From a virus (lineage: Duplodnaviria > Caudoviricetes), in the IMG/VR virus record IMGVR_UViG_3300021256_000002, positions 160,001 to 224,000 of that record: 64,000 bases of DNA; one strand, given 5' to 3'. Below the pieces are notes generated by a model that made no database searches, had not been told where the DNA came from, and was given only the letters and a program-made list of their open reading frames with translations. Within the stretch, counting starts at the first letter, position 1. The number at the start of each line of letters is the position of its first letter. This document shows positions 9,915 through 20,661 of this stretch, piece by piece. The position numbers and the translations under genes were made by a program.

Positions 9915-10920
9915 ATTTCAGCACGGCCTTTCTAAGTTTTATTCTTTCGGGTTTTATTCCAAAATCTTTCTCACCTTCCATATCGTTATAATATAAATTA
10001 ATACTATTGAACCAAAAGTCGAAGCTCTCTAAAGACTTCGCATACCAATACGGACTCTTATCAGAATCCGAGAATATATTTACGTTTAAATTCGTTAAAA
10101 ATCCTTTCTTTAAGAAATACTTTAAGACTCTAACATATCCAGAGCCACATACTGCAACATAGATATTATTATCTGTATTAGCCTTATTTACATGGAAGAA
10201 CACTCCATGTAAATCGAACGTTCCTTCACAGATATTCAAGTTAAGTTCATCTGTTAATGGGTCAGCTGGCATTGGTATACTATAGAATGTTTGACCGTCA
10301 GTAAACGCATTTGATACATGATACTTGATATACTTTAATGGATGATTCCCAGTAATATCTCTTAACGTAATCATAGATTTATCTGACGATAAGAACCCTA
10401 TATAATCTGTATCCAATACTTTGATATTCCAGTTACCAGTTGGACTCAATGCATTCAACATCAAGAAATCACTCATTGATGTTATTACTCGCATATATTC
10501 GAGACTAGAACATGTGTACGGTATACCCATTCTATTTTGCATATATTCAACTTTTCTTTCTGCATATGGGTCATTTTCCCGTATCTTAGGAACTTGAATT
10601 CTTTGATATTCTTTATAACTGATAAACTTTTTAGTACCACCTTTTCCAACTGAATTAGTTCTGTTGTAATGAGATAGTTCAGAATACATATTGATATCAG
10701 TTATACCCAGATCTCTTAAAAAGGAATACGTTGCGATACCGGATGCTTCACAAACCCAGCAATGGAATATTACTGGTTGACCTGGACGAAGCCATACGGT
10801 ACAATGAGGTTTTGTATTTTTATCTGAATCTCCACATATCGGACATCGAACCCATACATACTCTTTGTATGGTTTTGCATATGGAGTTGCTAATAAAGCC
10901 TCCTTTAATTTATCTAACAT
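9889..10920 (-). CDS. DNA primase (T4 gp61/DnaG-like)
   Basis: Zn finger CPICGDS...HCWVC, TOPRIM ICEGTFD and FSDSD, KDFG. Confidence 0.88.
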   Translation of the reverse strand: MLDKLKEALLATPYAKPYKEYVWVRCPICGDSDKNTKPHCTVWLRPGQPVIFHCWVCEASGIATYSFLRDLGITDINMYSELSHYNRTNSVGKGGTKKFISYKEYQRIQVPKIRENDPYAERKVEYMQNRMGIPYTCSSLEYMRVITSMSDFLMLNALSPTGNWNIKVLDTDYIGFLSSDKSMITLRDITGNHPLKYIKYHVSNAFTDGQTFYSIPMPADPLTDELNLNICEGTFDLHGVFFHVNKANTDNNIYVAVCGSGYVRVLKYFLKKGFLTNLNVNIFSDSDKSPYWYAKSLESFDFWFNSINLYYNDMEGEKDFGIKPERIKLRKAVLKFGKKIECY

Positions 10921-10935
10921 ATTACATCACCAATC

Positions 10936-10953
10936 TTATAATATATATTTAAA
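10936..10953 (-). promoter_or_regulatory. early-class promoter motif
   Basis: TTTAAATATATATTATAA upstream of primase. Confidence 0.65.
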
Positions 10954-10989
10954 ATCTGTATTGGGATTTTTATATCCCAATACAGATTT
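10952..10989. terminator. intrinsic terminator hairpin
   Basis: AAATCTGTATTGGGAT/ATCCCAATACAGATTT perfect inverted repeat. Confidence 0.75.
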
Positions 10990-10995
10990 GTATTT

Positions 10996-12540
10996 TCAGA
11001 TTTGATTTTCAAGCATCAGCATTTCCTGTTTGAGTTCAGTGTAATCAATATCTAAGATTTCACCGAATAAATCAGGAAGCTCGTAATCAACAATAGCGAA
11101 CTGAGTATTTGCAATATCAGCAATTGGCTCAGACAACAAGTCGCTACGACCCATATCATCCAATGCAGGATACTTTTCTTTCTTCAGGTTCTTGTAGATA
11201 TCAGAATGTTCGATATCCTCAACGAATTTACCATTCTGAACTGTCCTATTCGTCAAATATCCTTCTACGTTAGAAGAGATAATAATAGGAAGCCATTTAA
11301 ACCCAAGCATACGAAGTTTCTTCTTCATCATAATCATGAGCTTCATGTATCTAGTCAAACCAGCACTGTTAGAAAGGTCAGTGAATCCTCCAAAGTATTT
11401 AGCGTACCAATTGAACACAAGTTTACGATTGATACGTTCAACACGATGATGCTTGATGTAATATTCGACTTCTTTTTTCGGAATCTTGATATGAAGCTTC
11501 CGTTTCAAAGTCTTGATGGTATGTTTTGCGTTGATTTCAGAGAGGATAATCAAACTCTCATCAATCTTCGTGGTATTCATCTCCAACTTATCCAGATAGG
11601 ATAAACCATCACTATCCTTATCTTCGTTAATCTCTTGGAGAGTAATACCGAAATTCTTCACACATCTGTAAGTCAATTGAGTCTTCAAGATTACAGAGTT
11701 GAATGAAATGATATTCTGACTGAAGTTATATTTGAAGATATTATCTACAATCAGATTCTTGTTAAGCAATTCTTCGGTATAAGCTTCAGCATCAACTGAG
11801 TTAGCTTCATACTTATCCCAAATAACACGGTTTTTCATCTCGTTATATTTTACTTTGGTGCTAATTGAATTATACATTTTAGCATATAAACATACGTTCT
11901 CGGCTACTTCGGTAACCACGAATAACGGTCTGAAATACAGGTCTAATTTCTTAACTTCACCTTTACCTTTCGCTGTGCTAATATAATGCATTACCAAAGG
12001 AATAAGGAACTTTATGAATGTACTGATTAGAATCAGAATCTTTGCATGTTCATTAGTAAATTCTAATGATTCAGAATAATTCTTATCGGGGTCTTTGTTC
12101 TGAGACAAATCAATCCGATAGTTATCCTCTACAAAGTGAACTATCTTTGCATACATCGTCGGAGTGACGAAATGCTTGTAGATAAAGTCAATCATCGTTT
12201 CTCTATTAGGAACGAATTTATTATTATCAATAAAGCATTTACATGCTAGATAGTTAAGAATCAATTCACCGTCATCATAGAACTTGATGAAGTAATTGAT
12301 GTAATGTGTGATAAGCTCGAATTTCTTCACATAAGAATCCTTGAATAAGACGTAGAACATGTTTCTATCTTCAATCTCTACCCCATGAATAAGTTTATCA
12401 AATGGGATAATTACCGTCTTATCCTTATACGTGACAACATTGTCACTTGGCTCAGGACGCCATTCATCTACGGGAATAACTCCTGCTTTTACTGCTAATA
12501 CGTCTACTGGTTTTGGATTACTCAATTTTATTCCTCCCAC
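10996..12540 (-). CDS. non-virion RNAP promoter-specificity (sigma-like) subunit, AR9 gp226/phiKZ gp68 family
   Basis: Recalled similarity to gp226 (IPFDKL, EDNYRIDL, FLIP, VIW, IISF..VI, LS..DKLEMN, HSD.Y); two genes from the chaperonin, as with AR9 g226/g228; early promoter. True start may be TTG at 12525. Not confirmed by search. Confidence 0.72.
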   Translation of the reverse strand: MGGIKLSNPKPVDVLAVKAGVIPVDEWRPEPSDNVVTYKDKTVIIPFDKLIHGVEIEDRNMFYVLFKDSYVKKFELITHYINYFIKFYDDGELILNYLACKCFIDNNKFVPNRETMIDFIYKHFVTPTMYAKIVHFVEDNYRIDLSQNKDPDKNYSESLEFTNEHAKILILISTFIKFLIPLVMHYISTAKGKGEVKKLDLYFRPLFVVTEVAENVCLYAKMYNSISTKVKYNEMKNRVIWDKYEANSVDAEAYTEELLNKNLIVDNIFKYNFSQNIISFNSVILKTQLTYRCVKNFGITLQEINEDKDSDGLSYLDKLEMNTTKIDESLIILSEINAKHTIKTLKRKLHIKIPKKEVEYYIKHHRVERINRKLVFNWYAKYFGGFTDLSNSAGLTRYMKLMIMMKKKLRMLGFKWLPIIISSNVEGYLTNRTVQNGKFVEDIEHSDIYKNLKKEKYPALDDMGRSDLLSEPIADIANTQFAIVDYELPDLFGEILDIDYTELKQEMLMLENQI

Positions 12541-12570
12541 TAAGTTTAAAATTGTTTTTCTGTACGATAA

Positions 12571-12588
12571 GATAATATATATTTCAAA
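12571..12588 (-). promoter_or_regulatory. early-class promoter motif
   Basis: TTTGAAATATATATTATC upstream of the sigma-like gene. Confidence 0.65.
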
Positions 12589-13392
12589 TTATCTTTTCTT
12601 AATCCGTGGAGTTGTTTTTACGTGCTTGACCGTCTTAGTTGTACCTACAAATGGAACGGTTTTAACCATCTTAGTAGCAGCTCGTTTGACCTCTTTTGTT
12701 GCTGCTTGAACTGGTTTAACTACGTTCCGCTTAATCTCCTTTTCTAGACGTTTGATAATCGAACGTGAAGCTTCGGACCTCTTTTCCATAGCTTCATCTG
12801 ATGTTAATACCACTCCCGTGTTAAAGCTAGAGATATCACTTGCTCTCCGTAACGCATTTGACTTTCGTAAGTGGTAATCGTTAAGATGCAAGAAATACAG
12901 AGCAAAGAATATCGCATAATCATACCCGATAGCTAAATCAGGATTATTCTTCTTAGGTTTCTCTTGGAGAACCTTATCTGGAAATTTTTGCAATAACGAT
13001 GGGATAAGTAATTTGTAATGATTGTACGCATATGCATACGTAAAGGTAAACCCTGGGGAATTTGAGAACAGGCGAATTTCGTAGTTCTTCAAGTCGCTTT
13101 CCTGTCGGGTTATCTTTTCTTCTTTACGGTCTTTAATATCAAACTCAATCACTACATCGTATATCACTTCAGAATCAGTCAAAGATTCTATATTGAAATG
13201 ATATAACCATAAATCCTTATTCTTATCTACAAACACTGAATAAGGAAGAGTGTCATGCGAACGCATGTATTCATTAAATTTCTGAATAAGACCATTCTTA
13301 GCCATGATGGTCTTATATTTCTCACTCCTTCCTACGATAGATGGATCACGCATGAAATTTTCAAGAGTTCGTCGAACTTCTTTCTTCATCAT
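12589..13392 (-). CDS. hypothetical protein with basic C-terminal tail
   Basis: 267-aa ORF with RBS, between the sigma-like gene and the chaperonin. Confidence 0.75.
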   Translation of the reverse strand: MMKKEVRRTLENFMRDPSIVGRSEKYKTIMAKNGLIQKFNEYMRSHDTLPYSVFVDKNKDLWLYHFNIESLTDSEVIYDVVIEFDIKDRKEEKITRQESDLKNYEIRLFSNSPGFTFTYAYAYNHYKLLIPSLLQKFPDKVLQEKPKKNNPDLAIGYDYAIFFALYFLHLNDYHLRKSNALRRASDISSFNTGVVLTSDEAMEKRSEASRSIIKRLEKEIKRNVVKPVQAATKEVKRAATKMVKTVPFVGTTKTVKHVKTTPRIKKR

Positions 13393-13509
13393 GCTAATTC
13401 CCCCTTTAATTTATAAAAACTTAGGGACATATAATTCTCTTGTTGTGCATACTTTTTATTTTAATACAAGAATTAAAACCCCATCACCTCTTTGGTGATG
13501 GGGTCCATT

Positions 13510-15429
13510 TTACTTATTAGCATTCTTAGCTGCAACGCGCTTAACCTGAGATGCAATGTACTGATTAGCACTCATCAGAGTACCTACCAGAGAGATAGAA
13601 CCTTTAATGATTTCAATATCCGTTTTGATGGAATTGATAACATCACGGTTGTATTCTTCCGTTGTAAGGTCAAAGCACATTTCATCTTCAAGAGACTTGT
13701 TGATGACTGACTTAACATAATCAATCGTCGTATCCGGGTTCTTATTCTTATGAATCGTCAGGATTACTCGACAGAAAGTCTCCCAAAGAGCATTGCTAAT
13801 CTTCTTCTCAAACGGGTCTTCCAGCTTCGGCTGGATTTCTTTGAGAGCTTTGAAGATAGCCAGGTTATTACCGTAGTAATATCCATGCTTAACTGCAGAA
13901 GAGCAAGCCTTGATAGCGTCGTCAACCGAATCATTCTGCATAGAACGTTCAAGTTCAGACTTACCACCAATCTTGATAGTTGCAGACTTACAGGACAGAT
14001 GCTGGATACGTTCAAGAGCATACATGTACTCTTTATGAACATAACGAGAGTTCTCTACCTGAGCATACTCCTTATTCAGCATATCCTGAGCATCATGGAG
14101 ATGAACATCCAGCATAGGTTGGTCTTTGTTGCTGAAACCACTGAACTCGATTTCTTTCATACCAAGTGTAATGTTATCGCAACGACCAATGAAGCCCATG
14201 AACATCTCCATAGCTTCTTTGTAGATTTCTTCAGGCTGTTTTTCCAGTTCAATAGCCTTAATTTTGTCGAATTCTTCAGGGCTAAGACCTTTGGAAATAG
14301 CTTCCTGCTTAGCGCGTTCAACACGCATCTCTTCAGACTTCTGCTGACGAAGAGCATTCATGTAAGAATTCACAGCATTCATGAATTCTTCAGCCGTAAC
14401 AAGGTTGATGATAGTCGAACCAAGATACGGAGTAAGGTCATCGTAGATGTAATGGTCTACTGGACGAATGAACGGTGCTTTTGCAAATACCAGTGGGTAC
14501 GGCGGAGCACCAGCCTGACCTTTCTGTTTGTAGAATTCACGGAATTTGATTACATCGGCACGAATGCGGTCACCGATGAAGTTATCGTAGTATGGAGCGA
14601 TGACAACCACACGGCTCTGGTCATCAATCGTATTGAGGAATTGCATGAACATCTGAATCATTTGCCAATGCTTATCTTCGAGAGTGAAGTCGAAGAGAAG
14701 AATGATCGGATGTTCGATAACAGCCGTATTGTTATCGGTATTCACATAAGTCTTGTCAAGGAACGAACCACGAATGTGATACGTATCATCCTTAATCTGA
14801 ATACCGGATTCGGTTGTTTCGGAGAACTCTTTGCCGATATGGACATCTTTACCGCATTTCTCATAGATATCGATGATGTGTTTGGTATATTCTTCATCAC
14901 CATTAGTTGCGATATAAGATACTTTCTTGACGATATCAAGATAGTTATCGTCAGTTACCGGTATTTTCAAGGCTTCGATTTCCATGATAAGCTTATCAAT
15001 AAAGCCCTGAGTTTTGCTAACGAAGTCTTTCGGACGGAGTTCTTTAGACAACCCGCTGGAATCAATGATGTCCATGAAGTTCTTAGCTGCCATAATGGTA
15101 GTTGTAGAACCGTCACCGACTTTCATGACCATCTGATGACTCATCGTCTGAATCAAATCCATTACAGCATTTGCCGACGGTTCATCAAAATGAATGTGGC
15201 TCAGTGCAGTATAACCATCTTTGGTCATATGATATTCACCGAGGCGTTCAATGATTGTACCTGAACCATACGGGCCAGCTGTACGACTAAGAGCGTTATA
15301 AATCTTATTGAAAATTTGGAGCATAAGGGTCTTAAACTGATGCTCTTCGATAACGTTCCAAGGATGTTCATCCGGAACGTTTCTTTTCATATTCAGTTCT
15401 AATACACCTGTAGTGTTACTCATGATCAT
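13510..15429 (-). CDS. groEL: phage GroEL-like chaperonin
   Basis: TAGPYG, TKDG, VGDGSTTT, IKIGG.SELE, DDA; late promoter at 15456-15467. Confidence 0.92.
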   Translation of the reverse strand: MIMSNTTGVLELNMKRNVPDEHPWNVIEEHQFKTLMLQIFNKIYNALSRTAGPYGSGTIIERLGEYHMTKDGYTALSHIHFDEPSANAVMDLIQTMSHQMVMKVGDGSTTTIMAAKNFMDIIDSSGLSKELRPKDFVSKTQGFIDKLIMEIEALKIPVTDDNYLDIVKKVSYIATNGDEEYTKHIIDIYEKCGKDVHIGKEFSETTESGIQIKDDTYHIRGSFLDKTYVNTDNNTAVIEHPIILLFDFTLEDKHWQMIQMFMQFLNTIDDQSRVVVIAPYYDNFIGDRIRADVIKFREFYKQKGQAGAPPYPLVFAKAPFIRPVDHYIYDDLTPYLGSTIINLVTAEEFMNAVNSYMNALRQQKSEEMRVERAKQEAISKGLSPEEFDKIKAIELEKQPEEIYKEAMEMFMGFIGRCDNITLGMKEIEFSGFSNKDQPMLDVHLHDAQDMLNKEYAQVENSRYVHKEYMYALERIQHLSCKSATIKIGGKSELERSMQNDSVDDAIKACSSAVKHGYYYGNNLAIFKALKEIQPKLEDPFEKKISNALWETFCRVILTIHKNKNPDTTIDYVKSVINKSLEDEMCFDLTTEEYNRDVINSIKTDIEIIKGSISLVGTLMSANQYIASQVKRVAAKNANK

Positions 15430-15465
15430 ATACCTCCAATAAATTTATTTACAACTAGAGTACTG

Positions 15466-16158
15466 TCAACCGAAAAATATATCTTTAGTTGGTTTTTTAA
15501 CAACTGGGAACGAACCAACGTTGTCATGTTTACTCAATTCATACTTAAGCTCATCGTTCTCAAGATTGAATGGATAAGCTGCTACACCAAAGTATATATG
15601 GTTATGGTTTCCTCCATCTATGATAGTTTTAACCCTATCAATATCCCAATCATATACGAGATTTACATCTCCAATATCATCCAAGCAATCAACAAAGTTT
15701 TCACTAACGACATACTGGATATTGTTATTAGATTCTAGGATATCTTGTAAGTCAGCGTGTTGTCTTACATCATAATATGGATTCCATATATAAATCTTAT
15801 CAATACAATATGACCTAGAGTACGTCTTTAGAGTCTTATATTGATACAACTCAGGTGATTCGATATACAATTGCTTGAATTTCTTCTTCATTTTAGTATA
15901 GAACTTATCATAATCGAATTCTTTCTTAGCTAACCATTCTAAAGGATTCTTAATCTTTCGATGTAATGTAGCAAAAGAAAGAGCATCATCGTTTGCCATT
16001 GTATCAATTAAAGAGAAATCTAAGAAATCTTTAAAGTTTTCACGGTATTTAGTTTTGATTGATTTTATGATAAACGGGTCTGGTGATTTCAATACGTTAT
16101 CATATACAAACACAACATTTGCCGTTTCAACTTGTAATTTTTTATACATCTCCATCAT
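15466..16158 (-). CDS. hypothetical protein, possibly a degenerate HAD-like fold
   Basis: GAGGG RBS before ATG 16158; VVFVYDNVL and LVYDWD resemble HAD motifs I and IV. Confidence 0.55.
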   Translation of the reverse strand: MMEMYKKLQVETANVVFVYDNVLKSPDPFIIKSIKTKYRENFKDFLDFSLIDTMANDDALSFATLHRKIKNPLEWLAKKEFDYDKFYTKMKKKFKQLYIESPELYQYKTLKTYSRSYCIDKIYIWNPYYDVRQHADLQDILESNNNIQYVVSENFVDCLDDIGDVNLVYDWDIDRVKTIIDGGNHNHIYFGVAAYPFNLENDELKYELSKHDNVGSFPVVKKPTKDIFFG

Positions 16159-16220
16159 AAGTATACCCTCATAACAAAATAAAAGACGAGAGGAATGATT
16201 TCCTCTCGTCCACACTCGTC

Positions 16221-17060
16221 TTAGTTTATCCCAGGGATAGAATCCATCGAATCTGATGTCATCAGTGATGCAAGATCCTGCATACTGGATGGACTAGAAG
16301 ATACCGTGTTACTAGCCAAATCCGGCTGAGACGGTGTACTGCTCTTCCACGCATCTGCGCTGAAGTTACCTCCACCATTGTAGTTGTTGCCTCCCTGCTG
16401 ACCATTGTTAACAGGAACGCCAAGTTTACCAGCGATAGAACGGATAATATGGAAGTTATCGTTCTGACGGAATCTCTCGAAATAACGTTCGAAATGAGCG
16501 TTTGCGCCGATAAGTGCTGCGGCAGCATGTTCAAAGAACTCAGCCAGTACATATGCGCCATAACGATAATCCTCTAACGCATCAGATTCGCCTGTTTCCG
16601 GGTCATATTTGGTAATCGTAATCTTCGGACGGAACTTGAATACGCGACGTTCCATCGCACGTTTCTTCTCATCAAATCCTTTGAAGATTGCGATATACGG
16701 TTCAACTTTACCAGATTCCAATACACCATTGGAAATGCAGAACATTGTGTTCTGACCAGTCTGGATACCAGTAAAGCTGGCTTCAGCCGCTTCGGTCTTC
16801 GGTACAAATTTGTTACGAAGAACCCAAGCTAAATAGAGGCAATCCTCTTTAGAGATTACACAACTAACTCGGTTGTTGTAATCGTACATAGATTTCGGAC
16901 CTCTCTGGTCAGGCGGTTTGATTGGGTACAAAGCGATACTTACAAACGTATTGAAGTACCCAATCTGAGCCATAGACTCAGGCCCATAAAGGTCAATACC
17001 TCTGCTGTTTACGGGTCGGTCACTATTACCATTACCAACCATATTCGGATTAAAAGCCAT
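16221..17060 (-). CDS. putative single-stranded DNA-binding protein
   Basis: Folded N-terminus, G/N/Q-rich linker and acidic tail (SSB-like architecture); function inferred. Confidence 0.45.
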   Translation of the reverse strand: MAFNPNMVGNGNSDRPVNSRGIDLYGPESMAQIGYFNTFVSIALYPIKPPDQRGPKSMYDYNNRVSCVISKEDCLYLAWVLRNKFVPKTEAAEASFTGIQTGQNTMFCISNGVLESGKVEPYIAIFKGFDEKKRAMERRVFKFRPKITITKYDPETGESDALEDYRYGAYVLAEFFEHAAAALIGANAHFERYFERFRQNDNFHIIRSIAGKLGVPVNNGQQGGNNYNGGGNFSADAWKSSTPSQPDLASNTVSSSPSSMQDLASLMTSDSMDSIPGIN

Positions 17061-17091
17061 GTTAATTCCTCCTTATTCTAATAACATAATG

Positions 17092-17532
17092 TTACTTGGC
17101 TTTTGAAATGTTAACTGTCGTAACTACATACTCAACAGATACCGTTGGTTCTGATAAGAAGAATGCTTCGTATAACCAATCTGGTGCTGTCGTTGTATAT
17201 TCACGACGCTGACCAATGACTTCGCATACTTCAGATTCAGGCGATTCTGCTTCGTAATAATTTACAACACCTTTTGTAGTTACGAGTTCTTGACCTCTAA
17301 TAGTTACATAAAAATTCTTTCCATGTTCGCTTGTACGACATTTGGACATTGATTCTGTCATATTGAAGTTAGATACTTTATAAGTCCTACCGGTTGCTAA
17401 TACAGTCAACCCAATCAGAAGACAGCAAATCCCTACAACAACACCAAATGTCATTTTGATATGCTTGGGTTCAGAACGTAATTTAAACCCAGCTACCATG
17501 ATAAATAAACATACCAAACAGCAAACAATCAT
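17092..17532 (-). CDS. membrane protein (two N-terminal TM helices)
   Basis: AAGGGG RBS, hydrophobic segments, early motif at 17608-17625. Confidence 0.7.
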   Translation of the reverse strand: MIVCCLVCLFIMVAGFKLRSEPKHIKMTFGVVVGICCLLIGLTVLATGRTYKVSNFNMTESMSKCRTSEHGKNFYVTIRGQELVTTKGVVNYYEAESPESEVCEVIGQRREYTTTAPDWLYEAFFLSEPTVSVEYVVTTVNISKAK

Positions 17533-17688
17533 TTTATAAATTCCCCCTTATACCATATGAAATTATCTAAATAAACTTCTACATCAATTTCACCTCTTTT
17601 CTCATGACTATAATATATACTTGACTTGTGTTTTGACAAATCAAGACGGTATGAAAGCGGCTACCATATGGTAGCCGCATATAAAGCG

Positions 17689-18219
17689 TTAATTCAAAAC
17701 ATCACTAATTAACCTTTTATTGTAATCATCTGTATTACGTAATAAAATTCTTATTGCAGCATTAAACATATTTCCTATAAAATCAATGTCTTTAAAGTCT
17801 TTAGTTTTCATTATTGATTTAATATTGATTAGTAAACTGTGCAAGCGCTTTTTATCGATTATCCCACCGTCCTTAACTGTAAACGGTGAATTAATAACCA
17901 ACTCAAATACAATAAGCTTTACTACGTTTAAGGTAATCATTTTACCTTTAGTCAATAAGGTATTAACCTTTTCAGGTGCATTTAATCCCATTGCAAGATA
18001 CCCATAATAATCCATCATCAAGAGAACGTACTTAGCCACGGCATCTTTTACAATCCCATCTATCAGGAAATACTCTCCATCGTTCAATCTAGTTAGTTTG
18101 ATATCACCCGATATCATGGGTATTATCGAATCAAATTGAATCTCATACCCAATTCGATATTGGGGTTTGTAGAAATTACTATATACACCTTTTTCAATTT
18201 CTTCTTCCGTGAATCCCAT
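17689..18219 (-). CDS. hypothetical protein
   Basis: GAGGTG RBS, 176 aa. Confidence 0.7.
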   Translation of the reverse strand: MGFTEEEIEKGVYSNFYKPQYRIGYEIQFDSIIPMISGDIKLTRLNDGEYFLIDGIVKDAVAKYVLLMMDYYGYLAMGLNAPEKVNTLLTKGKMITLNVVKLIVFELVINSPFTVKDGGIIDKKRLHSLLINIKSIMKTKDFKDIDFIGNMFNAAIRILLRNTDDYNKRLISDVLN

Positions 18220-18230
18220 AATATATCACC

Positions 18231-19271
18231 TCATACATTTGTTTTGTCAAATATCCTAAAGAATTCAATGACCGCTTCGTAGAATGATAATCTTTCACTA
18301 TCGGATATGTTTGACTTTGTTTTAGCTGAAAGAGTATGCCTAGTCATGCTATATAATTGAATTGCATATCCATCTGATACAGAAAGGTCTTTTCCCATAA
18401 TGATATTTTTCAAACCAATTTTCTTAAATGTATGAGTAAGTTTTTCTTCTGGTGGGATACCATGAGTAACATATCGTACATAAAGTTCAATACCAAGACA
18501 ACGGATGATACAATCCTGAATGATATTCAATCTGTGAATTGTTACTTCACTACTAATGATTTCAATATCATGATTGAATCTAATAGGTAATACAGATTCA
18601 AGTGATTCGCAGAATGTTGTTGGCATTGCAAGATATGAGAAATCTACTCTAGGTAAACTCGCTAAGTATGGATTGAAGAACATTGAGATTGCTTGATTCT
18701 CAGATAATTTCAATTCTCCTATAATGTTCTGATCGTTGATAATATACCCTTCCAATCGTCTTTTATCAGATGATTTTATTTTAATAAATACCTTGGTAAA
18801 TTTATTCGTTTCAGGAAAATCAGCTTTAAGGTTTGCTGGATAGCACAAATCACCACAAACCGACCATAATCTGCCTAGTGCGAATTCAGCGATATCTACA
18901 TACCCCATGTTTTCAGCATACACAGCCTCGTCTGATTTTATAGGGTTATAGATATTGATTTGCTTACATAAGTTCATATCTTTATCGAACTGGTGCTCAC
19001 ACATCATCTTACATTCTGGGCAAGTGTAGATACGGATATTGATGAAATCCGTATTTGATGTATAAATCGTCCTTAGTTTAGTCCCACATTTAGGGCAATT
19101 TAAAAGGTCATCCTTTGTTTCTTTATCTAGTAAAGTATCCTCAGTCGCATTATCCTCAGGATTAGATAAAGTATTAACTGGATGGTCTGGTGTTGGAACT
19201 GGGTCTGACTTTTTACTACCAAATAAAAATGAAATAGTATCTTTTAAAGCTTCGCCAAGTGTAATACCCAT
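18231..19271 (-). CDS. zinc-ribbon hypothetical protein
   Basis: CPKC...CPEC; GAGGTG RBS. Confidence 0.7.
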   Translation of the reverse strand: MGITLGEALKDTISFLFGSKKSDPVPTPDHPVNTLSNPEDNATEDTLLDKETKDDLLNCPKCGTKLRTIYTSNTDFINIRIYTCPECKMMCEHQFDKDMNLCKQINIYNPIKSDEAVYAENMGYVDIAEFALGRLWSVCGDLCYPANLKADFPETNKFTKVFIKIKSSDKRRLEGYIINDQNIIGELKLSENQAISMFFNPYLASLPRVDFSYLAMPTTFCESLESVLPIRFNHDIEIISSEVTIHRLNIIQDCIIRCLGIELYVRYVTHGIPPEEKLTHTFKKIGLKNIIMGKDLSVSDGYAIQLYSMTRHTLSAKTKSNISDSERLSFYEAVIEFFRIFDKTNV

Positions 19272-19436
19272 TATATATCACCTCAGTTGTAAAAAAAGAA
19301 TCCGTGTCTATATAGACACGGATTTGTTCAAAAAAGCAGCAAATAAATCAACAAGTAGTGAATTACTATTATGTTAGTCGCATTAAAAGAAAATACCATG
19401 GATTGAACCACGGTATTTTCTTTTTGAGTGTTCATC

Positions 19437-20597
19437 TTACTGACGATAAGAACCCATGATGGAATCAAGGTCAAACTCAACTTTCTGAGTCTTCTTCACC
19501 TTGTTACCATCGTACTTCTCAAGGATTTCATCCATGGAAGACAACTTCGTTGTTTCAGGGCGTTTTACAATAGCAGCATCCGCTTTCTTAATACGGTCAC
19601 GGATTTCGTTGATACGATTTTCTGGAGCGCTCATACCGCTGAGAATAATACTCAGACGGTTGCCCTCACTATCGTCTTCATTTACAGCGAAATGACGGAA
19701 ATCTTCTGTCGGTTCACCAAACGTCTGACGAATCTTCGGAAGGTTCTCATCGAAGTACTGATGAAGTCCCGGCTCTAAGCAGCTAATGAAGCCCATGTAT
19801 TTCACCACATGATTGCGATCAGGCTTCACGCAGCAATTCTCTTTGTTGATGTGATCGATGATAACATCTTCCAGAGTACCATCAACAGGAACTGAGCCTT
19901 CATGGAAATCCTGAATCGTGTCGATGAAAATCATACCCGGAGTCGTGATGATTTTACGAGTATCATTTTCGTCTATCATGCTGTACTTAGAAGAGAACGA
20001 ATAGTCTCCGCGAATCACACGAAGAGCTTCAACCACTTCATTATTCACAGTTTCGTTTACTTCAACCATCGAGCCTTTAACACGGTTGTTGTCAAAGAGC
20101 ATATAACGACGATCTGGACGAAGTTCAATCAACTGCTCCAGATAGTCTTTCGTGTTACGCTGTGCCCCGATGGATTCGCCGATAGACGGAAGTACGCCGA
20201 TATTGATGAACATCTTCTTCTCATCATCACGTTCAATTTTGGAATTGTATACGTGGTCGAGAATATCAGCCAGCATCGGTGCCGTACCAGAACCAGTACC
20301 ACCACCAGTAGAAGTGATGATACAAATCAAATCGTTGTTTTCAACGACGTTCTTCAAGAACTTTTCCTGAAGAACACTTTCGATATTCCGCTGCAAGTAA
20401 TCATTTGCAAGGTCACGATTTTTCCCAGCACCACTGGTCGTACCAAATACGATTGCAGGGAACTTGTCATCATTTACAGCATCAATGTCACGCTGTGAAG
20501 AATTCATAATCACTGCCGGAAACTGAGCGGTTTTGTTTGCCAATACAGCAATCTGGGAACCACAACTCCCAATACCAATAACACCAACTTTTATCAT
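19437..20597 (-). CDS. tubulin/FtsZ-family GTPase (PhuZ/TubZ-like)
   Basis: VGVIGIGSCG, GAGKN, signature GGGTGSG, FDN, T7-like IDEND; AAGGAGG RBS places the start at ATG 20597. Confidence 0.9.
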   Translation of the reverse strand: MIKVGVIGIGSCGSQIAVLANKTAQFPAVIMNSSQRDIDAVNDDKFPAIVFGTTSGAGKNRDLANDYLQRNIESVLQEKFLKNVVENNDLICIITSTGGGTGSGTAPMLADILDHVYNSKIERDDEKKMFINIGVLPSIGESIGAQRNTKDYLEQLIELRPDRRYMLFDNNRVKGSMVEVNETVNNEVVEALRVIRGDYSFSSKYSMIDENDTRKIITTPGMIFIDTIQDFHEGSVPVDGTLEDVIIDHINKENCCVKPDRNHVVKYMGFISCLEPGLHQYFDENLPKIRQTFGEPTEDFRHFAVNEDDSEGNRLSIILSGMSAPENRINEIRDRIKKADAAIVKRPETTKLSSMDEILEKYDGNKVKKTQKVEFDLDSIMGSYRQ

Positions 20598-20661
20598 TCG
20601 GACTTTCCCTCCTTTATTTCTGTTGAAATTGTTAAAGTGTCCTACTGGGTTGTCCCAAACA

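Noticed and set aside
13750-15264. 504-aa plus-strand ORF
   Set aside because: Antisense shadow of the codon-biased chaperonin gene; no RBS or motifs.
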